From Candidatus Kapaibacterium sp. (GTDB lineage Bacteria > Bacteroidota > Ignavibacteria > Kapaibacteriales > UBA2268): 64,000 nt of DNA. A model generated the notes under the pieces. It was given only the letters and a program-made list of their open reading frames with translations, did no database searches and was not told the DNA's origin. The position numbers and the translations under genes are program-made. This document shows positions 27,219-37,936 of this stretch, piece after piece (within the stretch, counting starts at the first letter, position 1; every line of letters starts with the position of its first letter). The stretch lies in contig CP058732.1 of the NCBI GenBank assembly GCA_013414795.1, forward strand, positions 2,331,737 to 2,395,736, given 5' to 3'.

Positions 27219-30005
27219 ATGCTGAAAAAACTTTCAAATAGTAGTTTCAAAATCTTGCTTATCCTTTTTGCAATTTCCCTTGTCGGATTTGGAATTTATT
27301 ATCAAGTTCAATCTATTTCACTTCCCACTGATGAAAATATATTTTCAGACCCACCTTCGAGGGTAATCAACACCGAACCAATTCTTGGTTTTCAAGAAAT
27401 AGAAAACCAAAGACTGGAAGATACAGTCCAACCAGGAAGTTTGATTGTTAACATTGACGGAATTGATATTATCGATACAAATGTTTTTAGATTTGCAATT
27501 AACAATGCTTCGGCTGTTTTAAAATTAAAGATTTTCGACAGGCAGAAAAATATCCTTCGCTCAGTCTTTGTTTCCAAAGACGCATTATTAAAAGGGAAAT
27601 TCGAGTACTTGAAATCCGCAGTTGTTATCTATTGGGTTAAATCTGGGGGTACGAGCGAGTCAGCCGGTTTAAAACCTGGCGACATTATTGTTTCTATTAA
27701 CAATCGAGAATTTGCAACTGCCCGTGAAGCCGACCAAATTCTAATCAAATCGAACCCCGAAAAACCATTGGTTTACAAAATACTACGTGGTGCCAAATTA
27801 ATCGAAAAAAAAGTACAACTTACCACTCTCAATATTACTTTTGACATTATTCTTCGCTATCTGATATTCGCAATATTCCTATTCTTTGCACTTTTCCTTG
27901 GATTGAAACATTCCGAAGCATTTCCAATCCGTCTTTTAAGTTGTTCCTTCTTGTTCATATCGATTATTTTCCTTTCGGTTTTTTCACGTACTGGAGAAAA
28001 CACATTTTTGGCTCGTTCCTGGTTTCTCATCTTCTGGTTTTCGTTAAGTTTTTCATTTGCCTTCTTTTCCCACTTTCTCCTTTATTTTCCAGTGGAGCAA
28101 AACAAACTTATTTCAAAAAAATTTGTCGTTGGAACGATATATCTTTTAACCGCATTGGTTTTTCTGTTTTTCATTTTCTTAACTAATTTAAAATCAAATT
28201 ACTTAATGAATTTGCTTTCAAATCTTGCTTTCGCACCAATTGTCGGCTATAGACTATTTTTAAATCTTGCCTTCAAAAAGCACTTAAATCCAGACCAAAG
28301 GAACATTTCCAAAGGACTTAAGAAATATTTCTGGTTTGTCATTGCAATTGTCATCGCATTTTTGCTATCGACTTACAAATTTCCTCAACTTACATATGAA
28401 ATTACTCTATTCTTTTACACTGCAATTGCATTTTTCCCAATTCTGTTGTTCTACTTGTTAAACAAATACAATTTCTACGGCTTTGCTTATCGAATTCGTC
28501 GAAATCTTTTGTACTTCGCCTCTCGGGGAGTTCTCGATTTTGTTTCTATTGCAATCATAATTTTTGGTCTGTATTTACTTAGCATCACTACAATTAAATT
28601 TCCTAACTTACATCTTGCTGGAACCAGAATCGAAGTTCTGAACCGACCTCTGCCACCAGAAAAAAATCTACAATACGAAAAGATAGCAATTATGCTTTTT
28701 TCTTTGGTTTTTATCAGCGTGATTATTCTATCAAGAAACAAAATAAATAAGTATTTGCACAAAAAGTTCCATAGAGCACGATTTGACTACAAAAAGACCG
28801 CAAACGACTTGTCCGAACTAATTATAAGAAATATCAATTTAAATGACTTAGCGAGAAATGTTATAAAAGAACTCGAAAACACAATGCTTTTAAAGAAAGC
28901 GGGGCTTTTAATTTTCCGAAATGATAAACTGTGCTGTATCGACTTTTTCAATGAAAACGATAATCTTTTGATTTCAAATATTGCGGACAATTTTCAATTA
29001 ATCCAGCAAGTGACAGCACAAGCAAGCACAATTCTTCCTATTGAAATTACTCCAGCAAAAATAAAGTCTGCTATAAAAGAAGGAAATTATCAATTTATCC
29101 AGCCAATCAGATACCAAAACAAAATCGTTGGCTGTTTGCTATTGGGAGAAAAACTCTCCGACACAAAATACTCCCAAGAAGATTTTGAATTCCTTGAAAT
29201 TATTGCCAAAAATATTGCCATCGCAATAGAAAACTCGTTCCTTGCAGAGGAACTTGCCAAACAAGAACGTTTGAAACAGGAGTTGGAAATTGCACAGCAA
29301 ATCCAATTGGCTTCATTGCCAAAAGAAATGCCCAAACTGAAGGATTTATCAATTTCTGCAATTACCATCCCAGCATATGAAGTCGGTGGGGACTTCTTCG
29401 ATTTTCTCCACAACGACGGAAGCCTAACTATCGTCGTTGGCGATGTAAGTGGAAAAGGGACTTCCGCTGCACTCTATATGTCCAAGTTTCAAGGAATTTT
29501 AAGAACTTTAAATGAATTCAATCTCCCTTTGAAAGATTTGGTCGCAAAAGCAAACGACTTACTAACCCAAAATATTGAAAAAAATTATTTCATCTCGGCA
29601 ATCCTCTGCCAATTCGACACCAAGAATTGCGTTGCCAATCTAATTCGTGCAGGACATCTCGGTTTATACTATTTCTCCATTTCAACTGGCAGGGTTCAAA
29701 AAATTTTGCCTCGTGGCTTGGTACTTGGTGTTTTTCAAGGAGACAAATTTTCCAGTACAATCGAAACAGAAACAATTCCATTTCAAAAAGGGGATTGCTT
29801 TGTTTTTGTCACCGATGGAGTCGTTGAAGAAATAGAGGAAAACAAGTTGGTATCGAAAGAACACCAACTCGTAGAAGTCATACAGCAAAATTATCAACTT
29901 GAAGCAAAAGCGTTGACAGAGAAAATACTGACAGAAGTTTGTTTCGCTTCACAAAACGATACATTATACGACGACTTGACAATTCTTGTTGTCAAACCGA
30001 CATAA
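27219..30005 (+). CDS. membrane-bound PDZ-GAF-PP2C (SpoIIE/RsbU-type) serine phosphatase
   Basis: 928 aa. N-terminal anchor, PDZ domain (GLKPGDIIVSINNREF), roughly 10 TM helices, a GAF-like region, and a C-terminal PPM domain (EVGGDFFDF...VVGDVSGKGTSAALYMS...FVTDGVVE). Confidence 0.75.
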   Translation: MLKKLSNSSFKILLILFAISLVGFGIYYQVQSISLPTDENIFSDPPSRVINTEPILGFQEIENQRLEDTVQPGSLIVNIDGIDIIDTNVFRFAINNASAVLKLKIFDRQKNILRSVFVSKDALLKGKFEYLKSAVVIYWVKSGGTSESAGLKPGDIIVSINNREFATAREADQILIKSNPEKPLVYKILRGAKLIEKKVQLTTLNITFDIILRYLIFAIFLFFALFLGLKHSEAFPIRLLSCSFLFISIIFLSVFSRTGENTFLARSWFLIFWFSLSFSFAFFSHFLLYFPVEQNKLISKKFVVGTIYLLTALVFLFFIFLTNLKSNYLMNLLSNLAFAPIVGYRLFLNLAFKKHLNPDQRNISKGLKKYFWFVIAIVIAFLLSTYKFPQLTYEITLFFYTAIAFFPILLFYLLNKYNFYGFAYRIRRNLLYFASRGVLDFVSIAIIIFGLYLLSITTIKFPNLHLAGTRIEVLNRPLPPEKNLQYEKIAIMLFSLVFISVIILSRNKINKYLHKKFHRARFDYKKTANDLSELIIRNINLNDLARNVIKELENTMLLKKAGLLIFRNDKLCCIDFFNENDNLLISNIADNFQLIQQVTAQASTILPIEITPAKIKSAIKEGNYQFIQPIRYQNKIVGCLLLGEKLSDTKYSQEDFEFLEIIAKNIAIAIENSFLAEELAKQERLKQELEIAQQIQLASLPKEMPKLKDLSISAITIPAYEVGGDFFDFLHNDGSLTIVVGDVSGKGTSAALYMSKFQGILRTLNEFNLPLKDLVAKANDLLTQNIEKNYFISAILCQFDTKNCVANLIRAGHLGLYYFSISTGRVQKILPRGLVLGVFQGDKFSSTIETETIPFQKGDCFVFVTDGVVEEIEENKLVSKEHQLVEVIQQNYQLEAKALTEKILTEVCFASQNDTLYDDLTILVVKPT

Positions 30006-30007
30006 AA

Positions 30008-30337
30008 ATGGAGAACAAAGACATTTACCAAAAAATTTTCGACATTGTACGCCAAATCCCTGTTGGCAAGGTTACTACCTATGGTCACATTGCAAGAGCA
30101 ATAGGAATAGGGATGTCAGCAAGAATGGTTGGATGGGCTTTAAACTCGCTTGCATTTCAACAGACAGATGTCCCAGCCCATAGAGTTGTCAATCGACGAG
30201 GGGAATTAACTGGAAGGAGGTATTTTCCCACTCCAAACTATATGAAAGAACTTTTGGTTTCGGAAGGAGTCTCGTTTATTGGCGATGCTGTGGATTTAAA
30301 CAAGCACCTTTGGATTCCAGAAATTTCCCAAAAATAA
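30008..30337 (+). CDS. alkyltransferase-like protein (MGMT/Ogt DNA-binding fold lacking the catalytic Cys)
   Basis: MENKDIYQKIFDIVRQIPVGKVTTYGHIA...PAHRVVN. The canonical PCHR motif carries Ala in place of Cys. The ATG at 30008 lies 2 nt after the phosphatase stop. Confidence 0.65.
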   Translation: MENKDIYQKIFDIVRQIPVGKVTTYGHIARAIGIGMSARMVGWALNSLAFQQTDVPAHRVVNRRGELTGRRYFPTPNYMKELLVSEGVSFIGDAVDLNKHLWIPEISQK

Positions 30338-30362
30338 AAAGGGGCTTCAAAGCCCCTCGACT
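30338..30362. terminator. bidirectional rho-independent terminator
   Basis: ggggctt caa agcccc hairpin. On the minus strand (clpC) it is followed by tttttattttt. Confidence 0.7.
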
Positions 30363-30379
30363 TAAAATCTTCAACAGTA

Positions 30380-32950
30380 TTAATTCATATCGGGATAGTC
30401 TTTATTGATACCACCTTCGACAGGATTGTCCTCGAAAAGAATATTATCCAACTTTATGTCGCTGATTTCTTCCTTAACAATTTCTGGTTCTACGAACTCA
30501 AATCTCAATTTTTTCTTTGAATCATCCAGATAGGCAACAATTTTACTTCCTCGTTTAACTCTGCCTGCAAGGAGTACTTCGGCAAGTTCATCTTCAACAT
30601 ACTGCATTAAAGCACGTTTCAAAGGACGAGCACCAAATTTTTCGTCGTAGCCTTTTTCGACAAGGAAGTCCTTTGCTTCCTGAGACAATTCCAAAGTAAG
30701 TTCCTGGTCTTTCAATCTCTTTCGAAGTTCTTCAAGTTGTATATCTATTATTTGATAAATATGTTCTTTGGTTAACTTTCGGAAGATTATGAAATCGTCG
30801 ATTCTGTTTATGAACTCTGGATTGAACAATCTCTTGACTGCCTCTTCAATCGAAGACTTGATTGTTTGGTATTCATCCTCATTTGTGGGTTCGACAAAAC
30901 CAAGTTTCGAGCCAATTTTCAAATCCCTTGTACCAACATTGGAAGTCATAATTATAATTGTATTTTTAAAGTCTACCCTTCTACCAAGCCCATCAGTAAG
31001 GATACCATCGTCAAAAACTTGTAAGAGAATATTAAACACATCGGGATGTGCTTTTTCAATTTCATCGAGCAATACAATGCTGTATGGTCTACGGCGAACT
31101 TTTTCCGTAAGTTGACCGCCTTCCTCGTAACCAACATATCCCGGAGGAGCACCAACAAGACGCGAAACTGTGAATTTCTCCATATACTCGCTCATATCGA
31201 TTCGAATAAGTGCATCTTCCGTATTAAACAAAACACGAGCAAGGGCTTTTGCCAATTCTGTCTTTCCTACACCAGTTGGTCCAAGGAACATAAACGAACC
31301 AATTGGGCGGCGTGGGTCTTTCAATCCAGCACGAGCCCGTCGTATAGCCTTTGAAAGATGGTCGATTGCTTCGTCTTGCCCGACAACCATCTTCTTCAAC
31401 TCATCGGGTAGTTTAAGGAGTTTTTCCGTTTCGCTTTCCGCTATCTTATTGACAGGGATTCCAGTCATCATAGCAACCACATCGGCAACATCATCTTCGG
31501 TGACGGGGAAATATGTTTCGCTCGATTTGATTTCCCACTCCAACTTTGCTTTCTCCAAGTCGGCTTGCAATTTCTTTTCAAGGTCGCGCAATCGAGCAGC
31601 CTCTTCGAAATTTTGACTTTTGACAACAAAGTTCTTTTGCCGACGAATTTCTTCTATTTGTTCTTCAAGTTCTATAATGTTCTTTGGAACGCTAATGTTT
31701 GCAAGATGAACTCTTGCCCCAGATTCATCCAAAACATCAATTGCTTTATCTGGGAAATATCTATCGGTGATATACCTATCTGAAAGCCTAACGCAAGCCT
31801 CTATTGCTTCGGGAGTATATTTGACATTGTGGTGTTCTTCATATCTGTCTTTAATTTTTTCCAATATTTCGCGAGTCTCTTCGGGTGTTGGTGGGTCTAT
31901 CAAAACTTTTTGAAATCTACGTTCGAGAGCTCCGTCCTTTTCGATGTATTGTCGATATTCATCCAGAGTAGTTGCGCCAATGCATTGGATTTCACCCCGC
32001 GAGAGAGCAGGTTTGAAGATATTGGAAGCATCGAGAGAACCAGAGGCACCGCCAGCCCCCACAATTGTGTGCAACTCATCGATGAAAAGAATGACGTCCT
32101 TGGCTCGTTCAAGTTCGTTCAAAAGTGCCTTCATTCGCTCTTCGAATTGACCTCGATATTTGGTCCCAGCAACAAGCGAAGCCAAATCCAAACTGACTAT
32201 TCGTTTATCGAGCAAAGTTCGTGGCACTTTTCGTTGTACAATACGCAAAGCAAGCCCTTCGACTATTGCAGTTTTTCCAACGCCAGGCTCACCAATCAAA
32301 ACTGGATTGTTCTTTTTGCGACGAGCAAGGATTTGCGAAACTCGCTGGATTTCCTTTTCTCGACCAATAACGGGGTCGAGTTTGTCTTCCATAGCAAGTT
32401 TCGTTAGGTCTCGTCCAAAATTATCTAAAACAGGTGTCTTAACTTTTTCCTTCATAGAAAACCTCGTTTGTTTAGAAGAAAAAGTAGAACCGTGTGGGGA
32501 TTGCTCGGAAGTTCGACCACTTAAGATATTTTCTAATTCGGTTCTAACTTTGTCGAAATTCACATTGAAATCTTCAAGTATTTTCGACGCTTGCGATTCT
32601 TTGTCTCTTAACATTGCAAGAAGAATGTGTTCAGTTCCAACAATATCATTTTTATACGCTCTTGCTTCGATTTCGCTTAACCGCAAAATCCGTTCCACTT
32701 GTTTGCTCAAAGGAAGAGTTTTGGTTGGGCTTCCGATGGAATGCCCTTTGAATTTATCTTCGATATGCTCGCTTAATTTTTGCAAGTCGACGCCAAGATT
32801 TTTGAGAATCTTGACAGCAATTCCTTCGCCTTCCCGTATCATTCCGAGCAGAATATGCTCGGTTCCAATATAATCATTGCCTAATTTCAAGGCTTCTTCT
32901 TGACTATATCGGAGTACGTCGTGAACTCTATTTGAAAATTGACTTCCCAT
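30380..32950 (-). CDS. clpC: ATP-dependent Clp protease ATP-binding subunit ClpC-type (Clp/Hsp100 AAA+ chaperone)
   Basis: Two Clp_N repeats, two Walker A boxes ([16 protein letters not shown]), and a short UVR-like middle domain ([15 protein letters not shown]), which fits ClpC rather than ClpB. Confidence 0.8.
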   Translation of the reverse strand: MGSQFSNRVHDVLRYSQEEALKLGNDYIGTEHILLGMIREGEGIAVKILKNLGVDLQKLSEHIEDKFKGHSIGSPTKTLPLSKQVERILRLSEIEARAYKNDIVGTEHILLAMLRDKESQASKILEDFNVNFDKVRTELENILSGRTSEQSPHGSTFSSKQTRFSMKEKVKTPVLDNFGRDLTKLAMEDKLDPVIGREKEIQRVSQILARRKKNNPVLIGEPGVGKTAIVEGLALRIVQRKVPRTLLDKRIVSLDLASLVAGTKYRGQFEERMKALLNELERAKDVILFIDELHTIVGAGGASGSLDASNIFKPALSRGEIQCIGATTLDEYRQYIEKDGALERRFQKVLIDPPTPEETREILEKIKDRYEEHHNVKYTPEAIEACVRLSDRYITDRYFPDKAIDVLDESGARVHLANISVPKNIIELEEQIEEIRRQKNFVVKSQNFEEAARLRDLEKKLQADLEKAKLEWEIKSSETYFPVTEDDVADVVAMMTGIPVNKIAESETEKLLKLPDELKKMVVGQDEAIDHLSKAIRRARAGLKDPRRPIGSFMFLGPTGVGKTELAKALARVLFNTEDALIRIDMSEYMEKFTVSRLVGAPPGYVGYEEGGQLTEKVRRRPYSIVLLDEIEKAHPDVFNILLQVFDDGILTDGLGRRVDFKNTIIIMTSNVGTRDLKIGSKLGFVEPTNEDEYQTIKSSIEEAVKRLFNPEFINRIDDFIIFRKLTKEHIYQIIDIQLEELRKRLKDQELTLELSQEAKDFLVEKGYDEKFGARPLKRALMQYVEDELAEVLLAGRVKRGSKIVAYLDDSKKKLRFEFVEPEIVKEEISDIKLDNILFEDNPVEGGINKDYPDMN

Positions 32951-33006
32951 TACTCACATAAATATTGAATTCAATGAAAGAGACGAAGTGAATATTTTTT
33001 TATTTG

Positions 33007-33807
33007 TCAATCACCAAAATCGATCAGGAATTGCTTTTCGGATTTCGCTATCGAAATGATTCCCGAGAGGACAAGATTTTTCCGATAATACTTCCTCTCG
33101 TAGTTCCAATTTTGGTATTTGGTCTTAAAATACTCGAACCCACCACCAGTAAACACAATTGGAATTGTTTCTTCTCCAAATCTTTTTCTGCGGATTTCTT
33201 CCAAAATGTAAAGAAGTCCGCCCCAAATTGAATTCTGAATACCACTCGAAATGGCTCGCTCTGTGGAAATTTCCAGAAAATCATCAAAATCTTCATTAAT
33301 AAGTTTATTAACTTTCAACAACGATGTATTTGCCTGCAATGATTTCAGTTGTGTTTCTGGACCAGGAAAAATCAATCCGCCAACGAAATTTCGCTCCTCG
33401 TCGACGCAGTTAATTGTAACTGCTGTCCCAAAGTCTACTGTAATGAGTGGAGGAGCAAATTCTTCCATAGCCCCGATTATTCCAAGAATTCTATCAGTGC
33501 CTATCCAATGGTAATTGTATAGATTCAATTTTTTTTGCTTGAAAATTAAATCTTTGATATTATAAATGTATACATTTGGTTGTGATTTAAGAAAATCGAT
33601 TATAGAATTAGATTGTTCTATGTTAACACTTGAAAATAACACACGCAAAGGGGTTTTAATTTTCGAAAAGAAGAACTTTTCGAACTCTGTCAACAAATTT
33701 TGATTATATCGAAACGACTTGAACACATTTCGATAAAGAATTTTTGCCCGACTGTTTCCAAAGTCGATTGCAAGTGTTTGGTCTAAAAATTTATCCTTCG
33801 AGTTCAT
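33007..33807 (-). CDS. coaX: type III pantothenate kinase
   Basis: LAIDFGNSRAK (Bvg accessory factor fold), GTDRILGIIGA and FTGGGF motifs. Confidence 0.75.
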   Translation of the reverse strand: MNSKDKFLDQTLAIDFGNSRAKILYRNVFKSFRYNQNLLTEFEKFFFSKIKTPLRVLFSSVNIEQSNSIIDFLKSQPNVYIYNIKDLIFKQKKLNLYNYHWIGTDRILGIIGAMEEFAPPLITVDFGTAVTINCVDEERNFVGGLIFPGPETQLKSLQANTSLLKVNKLINEDFDDFLEISTERAISSGIQNSIWGGLLYILEEIRRKRFGEETIPIVFTGGGFEYFKTKYQNWNYERKYYRKNLVLSGIISIAKSEKQFLIDFGD

Positions 33808-34531
33808 ATCTTATTGAGTCCCCATCGCTTATCAACAATTTTTCATTATTGTTAGCAACCGCAATAAGTCTTCCAATTGAATCCATCCCTTCAACTTTGC
33901 AAAGTAGTTGACGATTGACAACAAAAATCTCTTTTCCAATGATATTCAACTTGTTTTTCCAAATTTGAAAAATTTCGTCTGGGAAAAGTTCCATCAACCT
34001 CTCGATTTCTGATATTAAATGATTCACTATATCCTCCACCTTGAAATCATATCCAAGCATTCGAAGAGAAATAGCGGTTTCGCTCAATTCTTTGGGAAAT
34101 TCTTTCTGATTTACATTTATGCCAATACCTAAAACAGTCGAAACACACAAATTCCCAACAAATTGGTGTTCTACAAGAACCCCAGAAATTTTCCGAAACT
34201 TGGAATCTTTCGTTTTAGCATAAATGTCGTTGGGATATTTTAAAGCATATTGGACAGTTGGAGTGATTTTTACCAAAGTATTGTATACTGCAAGAGCACC
34301 AAGCCCTTGAAAATATGCTACCTCCTCGAAGAGCCTTAAATTTGGATGTTTCACACCAAAAGAAAGGTAAACATTTTGTGCATATTCGCCCAGCCATTGA
34401 TTCTTGTTTCTTCCTCTGCCTTGAGTTTGAAAATCGGCAGTTACAACCACACAGTTGTGCTTCTGAAGAAGTTCCTTTGCGTAGTCGTTTGTTGATGTCA
34501 AACGTTCGAAATGATATCTTTGGTAAATCAT
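33791..34531 (-). CDS. birA: biotin--[acetyl-CoA-carboxylase] ligase
   Basis: QTQGRGRNKNQW motif (GRGRxGRxW). No N-terminal HTH, so class I. Overlaps coaX by 17 nt. Confidence 0.8.
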   Translation of the reverse strand: MIYQRYHFERLTSTNDYAKELLQKHNCVVVTADFQTQGRGRNKNQWLGEYAQNVYLSFGVKHPNLRLFEEVAYFQGLGALAVYNTLVKITPTVQYALKYPNDIYAKTKDSKFRKISGVLVEHQFVGNLCVSTVLGIGINVNQKEFPKELSETAISLRMLGYDFKVEDIVNHLISEIERLMELFPDEIFQIWKNKLNIIGKEIFVVNRQLLCKVEGMDSIGRLIAVANNNEKLLISDGDSIRYELEG

Positions 34532-35163
34532 TCTTCGCTATAATGTGCTATTGCTGATTGAATATCGAGTATCATTTTGTCCACAATCAACGAAAGTGCT
34601 TTCGAGAAACTTTTTGCAATTCTTGTGTATTCTCGCTCCTCGAAATCAATTCGTTGAGAGTATATTTGGGACAAAACAACAGGTTTATTTGTCGAAATTG
34701 GTTCATATTTTATAAGATTAATCTGAATCGAAACTTGCACCCAGTTTTTCTTTTTATCCTTCTTTTCTGCTAATGCTTTAAATTCCAATACCTTGCCTTC
34801 GAGAATGAAATTTGGAACAATAGCAGAGTTGAAAGAAGCCACTCCAAACTTGAATGCCTTCGAAAGGTTCATTCGAGAAAAAATGAAATTGTTAATTATA
34901 TCTGCGTAGTCCGAATTGAAACGATGATAGTTGAATTTCTGCACTGTTCCATCATCGAACCAAATCATCAATCGATTGTCGAAAAGTTCTTCGGGAACCG
35001 CAAAGTCTCGGATGACAAGAAAAGTTTCTATTTGAGCAATATTTTTAAAAGATAACAGCTCTTGGTTTAGGTAATAATAATTCGTTGGAATAAATGGTGT
35101 TCGAATAGAAAAACAGCCCGATAAGGCAACAGACAAAGTAATTGTTAAAAGTAATCTTTTCAT
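34528..35163 (-). CDS. hypothetical lipoprotein
   Basis: Lipobox LSGC after a signal peptide. Overlaps the birA start by 4 nt. Confidence 0.45.
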   Translation of the reverse strand: MKRLLLTITLSVALSGCFSIRTPFIPTNYYYLNQELLSFKNIAQIETFLVIRDFAVPEELFDNRLMIWFDDGTVQKFNYHRFNSDYADIINNFIFSRMNLSKAFKFGVASFNSAIVPNFILEGKVLEFKALAEKKDKKKNWVQVSIQINLIKYEPISTNKPVVLSQIYSQRIDFEEREYTRIAKSFSKALSLIVDKMILDIQSAIAHYSEE

Positions 35164-35251
35164 TTTCTTATATATAAATCATTACAAATTTACTAAATGT
35201 TATGAAAAACTCGTAATTTAGTTGTTTGTAAAATAAAGATAAGTTTCAATT

Positions 35252-35995
35252 TTGATATACTTTATTTCGGATGTTCATCTTGGTTACTATACTGGCAAGA
35301 AGAACAATGAAATTGAACACGTATTATTAAGTTTTTTGGATATAATTTCGACTAATTGCCAAGTTTTGGTCATCGTTGGCGATTTGTTCGACTTTTGGTT
35401 CGATTACAAAACTGTGATTCCCAAGCATTTTTTCCGAACGGTTGCAAAACTCGACGATTTGAAAAGAATGGGTAAAGAAATTATCTACTTAATGGGAAAT
35501 CACGATTTCGGTCACTTCCAATTCTTTAAAAAAGAATTGGGCATTGAGGTCATTGAAAATGATATTTCAATTGAATTCTTTGGGAAAAAGTTTTATATCT
35601 CACACGGTGATGGAAAAATCAAAAATGACCTTGGCTATTTGATTTTGAAACAAATTTTGCGGAACAAAATATCACGCTACTTTTTCAGATTTATTCATCC
35701 CGACTTGGGAATCTTTGTGGCAAAAAACTCCTCACGAAAAAGTAGAAAATACACCCACAACAGGTCGAAAAAGAACTTCGATTCATTATTCGACTTCGCA
35801 AAACAAAAAATTGACCAAGGGTATGACTTCGTGATTATGGGACATACGCACAAACCCGAAATCCGTTCCTATAAAGGGGGGTTTTACATTAATCTTGGGG
35901 ACTGGCTTTCGAAACCAATGGTTGGCATTTTCGATGGCTTTGAAATTAAACTAGTTCCAGTTGAAGAAATTATCAATTACAAAATAAAAGAATAA
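35252..35995 (+). CDS. lpxH: UDP-2,3-diacylglucosamine hydrolase-like metallophosphoesterase
   Basis: Calcineurin-like motifs DVHLG, GDLFDFW and GNHDF. Confidence 0.65.
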   Translation: MIYFISDVHLGYYTGKKNNEIEHVLLSFLDIISTNCQVLVIVGDLFDFWFDYKTVIPKHFFRTVAKLDDLKRMGKEIIYLMGNHDFGHFQFFKKELGIEVIENDISIEFFGKKFYISHGDGKIKNDLGYLILKQILRNKISRYFFRFIHPDLGIFVAKNSSRKSRKYTHNRSKKNFDSLFDFAKQKIDQGYDFVIMGHTHKPEIRSYKGGFYINLGDWLSKPMVGIFDGFEIKLVPVEEIINYKIKE

Positions 35996-35996
35996 T

Positions 35997-36512
35997 ATGG
36001 AAGCATTGGAAGCAATTTTCAACAGAAAAAGCGTAAGGCATTTCACTGGTGAAGATGTTCCGATGGAAAAGATTGAAATTCTCCTTCGAGCGGGTATGTC
36101 TGCTCCCTCTGCGGTTAATATGCAACCTTGGGAATTTGTAGTTATCACAAACAAAGAAACACTTTTGGCAATGGCGGACAACCTACCCTATGCCAAAATG
36201 CTTCAAAATGCTGGTGCTTGCATTGTTGTTTGTGCAATTCCAGCACTTGCCCACCGCAAATTGAAAGATTATGCCATAATCGACTGTTCGTGTGCAAGCC
36301 AAAATATTCTAATTGCCGCCGAAGCACTCGGTCTTGGGGCTGTGTGGACCGCCCTCTATCCAAACATCGATAGAATCGAGTTCGTGCGAAAGCAACTGGG
36401 TATTCCCAAAGATGTAATTCCCTTGAATGCAATTGCAATTGGAATACCAACGGGCGAAGACCAACCCAAAGACAAATTCAAACCCGAAAAAATTCATTTT
36501 GAAAAATGGTAA
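35997..36512 (+). CDS. nitroreductase-family protein
   Basis: RKSVRHF...PSAVNMQPWEFVVI, the FMN-binding nitroreductase fold. Confidence 0.75.
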   Translation: MEALEAIFNRKSVRHFTGEDVPMEKIEILLRAGMSAPSAVNMQPWEFVVITNKETLLAMADNLPYAKMLQNAGACIVVCAIPALAHRKLKDYAIIDCSCASQNILIAAEALGLGAVWTALYPNIDRIEFVRKQLGIPKDVIPLNAIAIGIPTGEDQPKDKFKPEKIHFEKW

Positions 36513-36525
36513 TTGAGTAGGAAAT

Positions 36526-37929
36526 ATGAAAAAATTAGTATTGTTCTTACTTTTGATTTGTTATCCGACTTTTGCCAGTGAAATTGATTTCACTGGCTGT
36601 TGGATTGGTAAAATCGATATCATTCGTCAAGAACTTGCAATTAAAATTTGCTTCGAAAACGATAGCACGGGGAAAATTCTTGGTAAAATTGACATTCCCC
36701 AGCAAAATGCATACAATCTGAACCTTTCGAATATCTCTTGTAACAAAGATTCAATTTCTTTCGATTTGATTATCAATGCTTTGAACATTGCCAAGTTTAA
36801 TGGAAAAATATTTAATCCAAATAGCGATACTTCGAAAATCAAGGGTAGTTTCAGACAGATGGGAATGGTCGGGAAATTTGAGTTGGAAAAGTATATAGAC
36901 GAGCCCGAACAAGTTTCGAAAGTTGATGTTTTCGAAGAAGAAGTTGAAATTCATAATGGAGAAGTCAAACTGGCAGGGACATTCACCCGCCCCAAAGAAG
37001 AAAAGCGCTATCCAGCAATCATTTTAATTTCTGGCAGTGGACTTCAAAATCGGGATGAAGAAATTTACGGATTCAAAATTTTCGAAAAGATTTCCAACGA
37101 ACTTGTTAAAACTGGCTTTGCAACATTACGAATGGACGACCGAGGCGTTGGTGGTTCGACAACTATTGCGGGGAGAAGCCCGACAACTTTCGATTTTGCT
37201 TCCGATGTCGAGCAAATGATAAGTTTTCTGAAAAATCGCAAAGATGTCGACACAAACCGTATTGGCTTGCTTGGTCATAGCGAAGGTGCCATTGTTGCTT
37301 TTATTGTTTCTGCGAAAAATAAAAATGTAAAGTTCGTTATTAGTATGGCTGGACCAACAATTCGTGGGGATAGTTTAATCCTTGAGCAAATTAAAATACA
37401 AATGAAGAACCAGAACGCACCCGATTCCTTGATTAGAGAAACTCTTCAAGACCAGAATGAAATATATAACATAATTAGAAAAACAAAAGATTTCGAGCGA
37501 GCCAAAGAAATTTTGCGAAAACAAGCAAAAAAACAAATGGAATTTTATCCCGAAGAAGTTTCTTCACAAATATCCAATACATTAATCGAACGGAATATAC
37601 AGATGCAGATTGAGTCGATGCGGTCTGAATGGTTCGAAACTTTCATCAATCTCGACCCAATAGATTATTTGAAGCAAATCGAATGTCCTGTCCTTTTGGT
37701 ATTTGCTGAAAAGGACCAGCAAGTACCTGCGGAAATGAATATTCTTCGATTACGCAAACTTTTGAAGAAAAAGAATTTCACAATCAAAACAATAGCGAAT
37801 GCCAACCATTTGTTTCAAAAATGCAAAAGCGGACAAATGTTCGAGTACTCAATTTTACCTAAAAAGTTTGCACCCCAATTCACGGAAACCTTGAAGGACT
37901 GGTTGAAGACTAATGTACTTGCAAAATAG
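36526..37929 (+). CDS. secreted alpha/beta-hydrolase family protein
   Basis: Signal peptide, a C-terminal alpha/beta-hydrolase with nucleophile elbow GHSEG, and an N-terminal domain of unknown type. Confidence 0.6.
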   Translation: MKKLVLFLLLICYPTFASEIDFTGCWIGKIDIIRQELAIKICFENDSTGKILGKIDIPQQNAYNLNLSNISCNKDSISFDLIINALNIAKFNGKIFNPNSDTSKIKGSFRQMGMVGKFELEKYIDEPEQVSKVDVFEEEVEIHNGEVKLAGTFTRPKEEKRYPAIILISGSGLQNRDEEIYGFKIFEKISNELVKTGFATLRMDDRGVGGSTTIAGRSPTTFDFASDVEQMISFLKNRKDVDTNRIGLLGHSEGAIVAFIVSAKNKNVKFVISMAGPTIRGDSLILEQIKIQMKNQNAPDSLIRETLQDQNEIYNIIRKTKDFERAKEILRKQAKKQMEFYPEEVSSQISNTLIERNIQMQIESMRSEWFETFINLDPIDYLKQIECPVLLVFAEKDQQVPAEMNILRLRKLLKKKNFTIKTIANANHLFQKCKSGQMFEYSILPKKFAPQFTETLKDWLKTNVLAK

Positions 37930-37936
37930 CCAGAAT

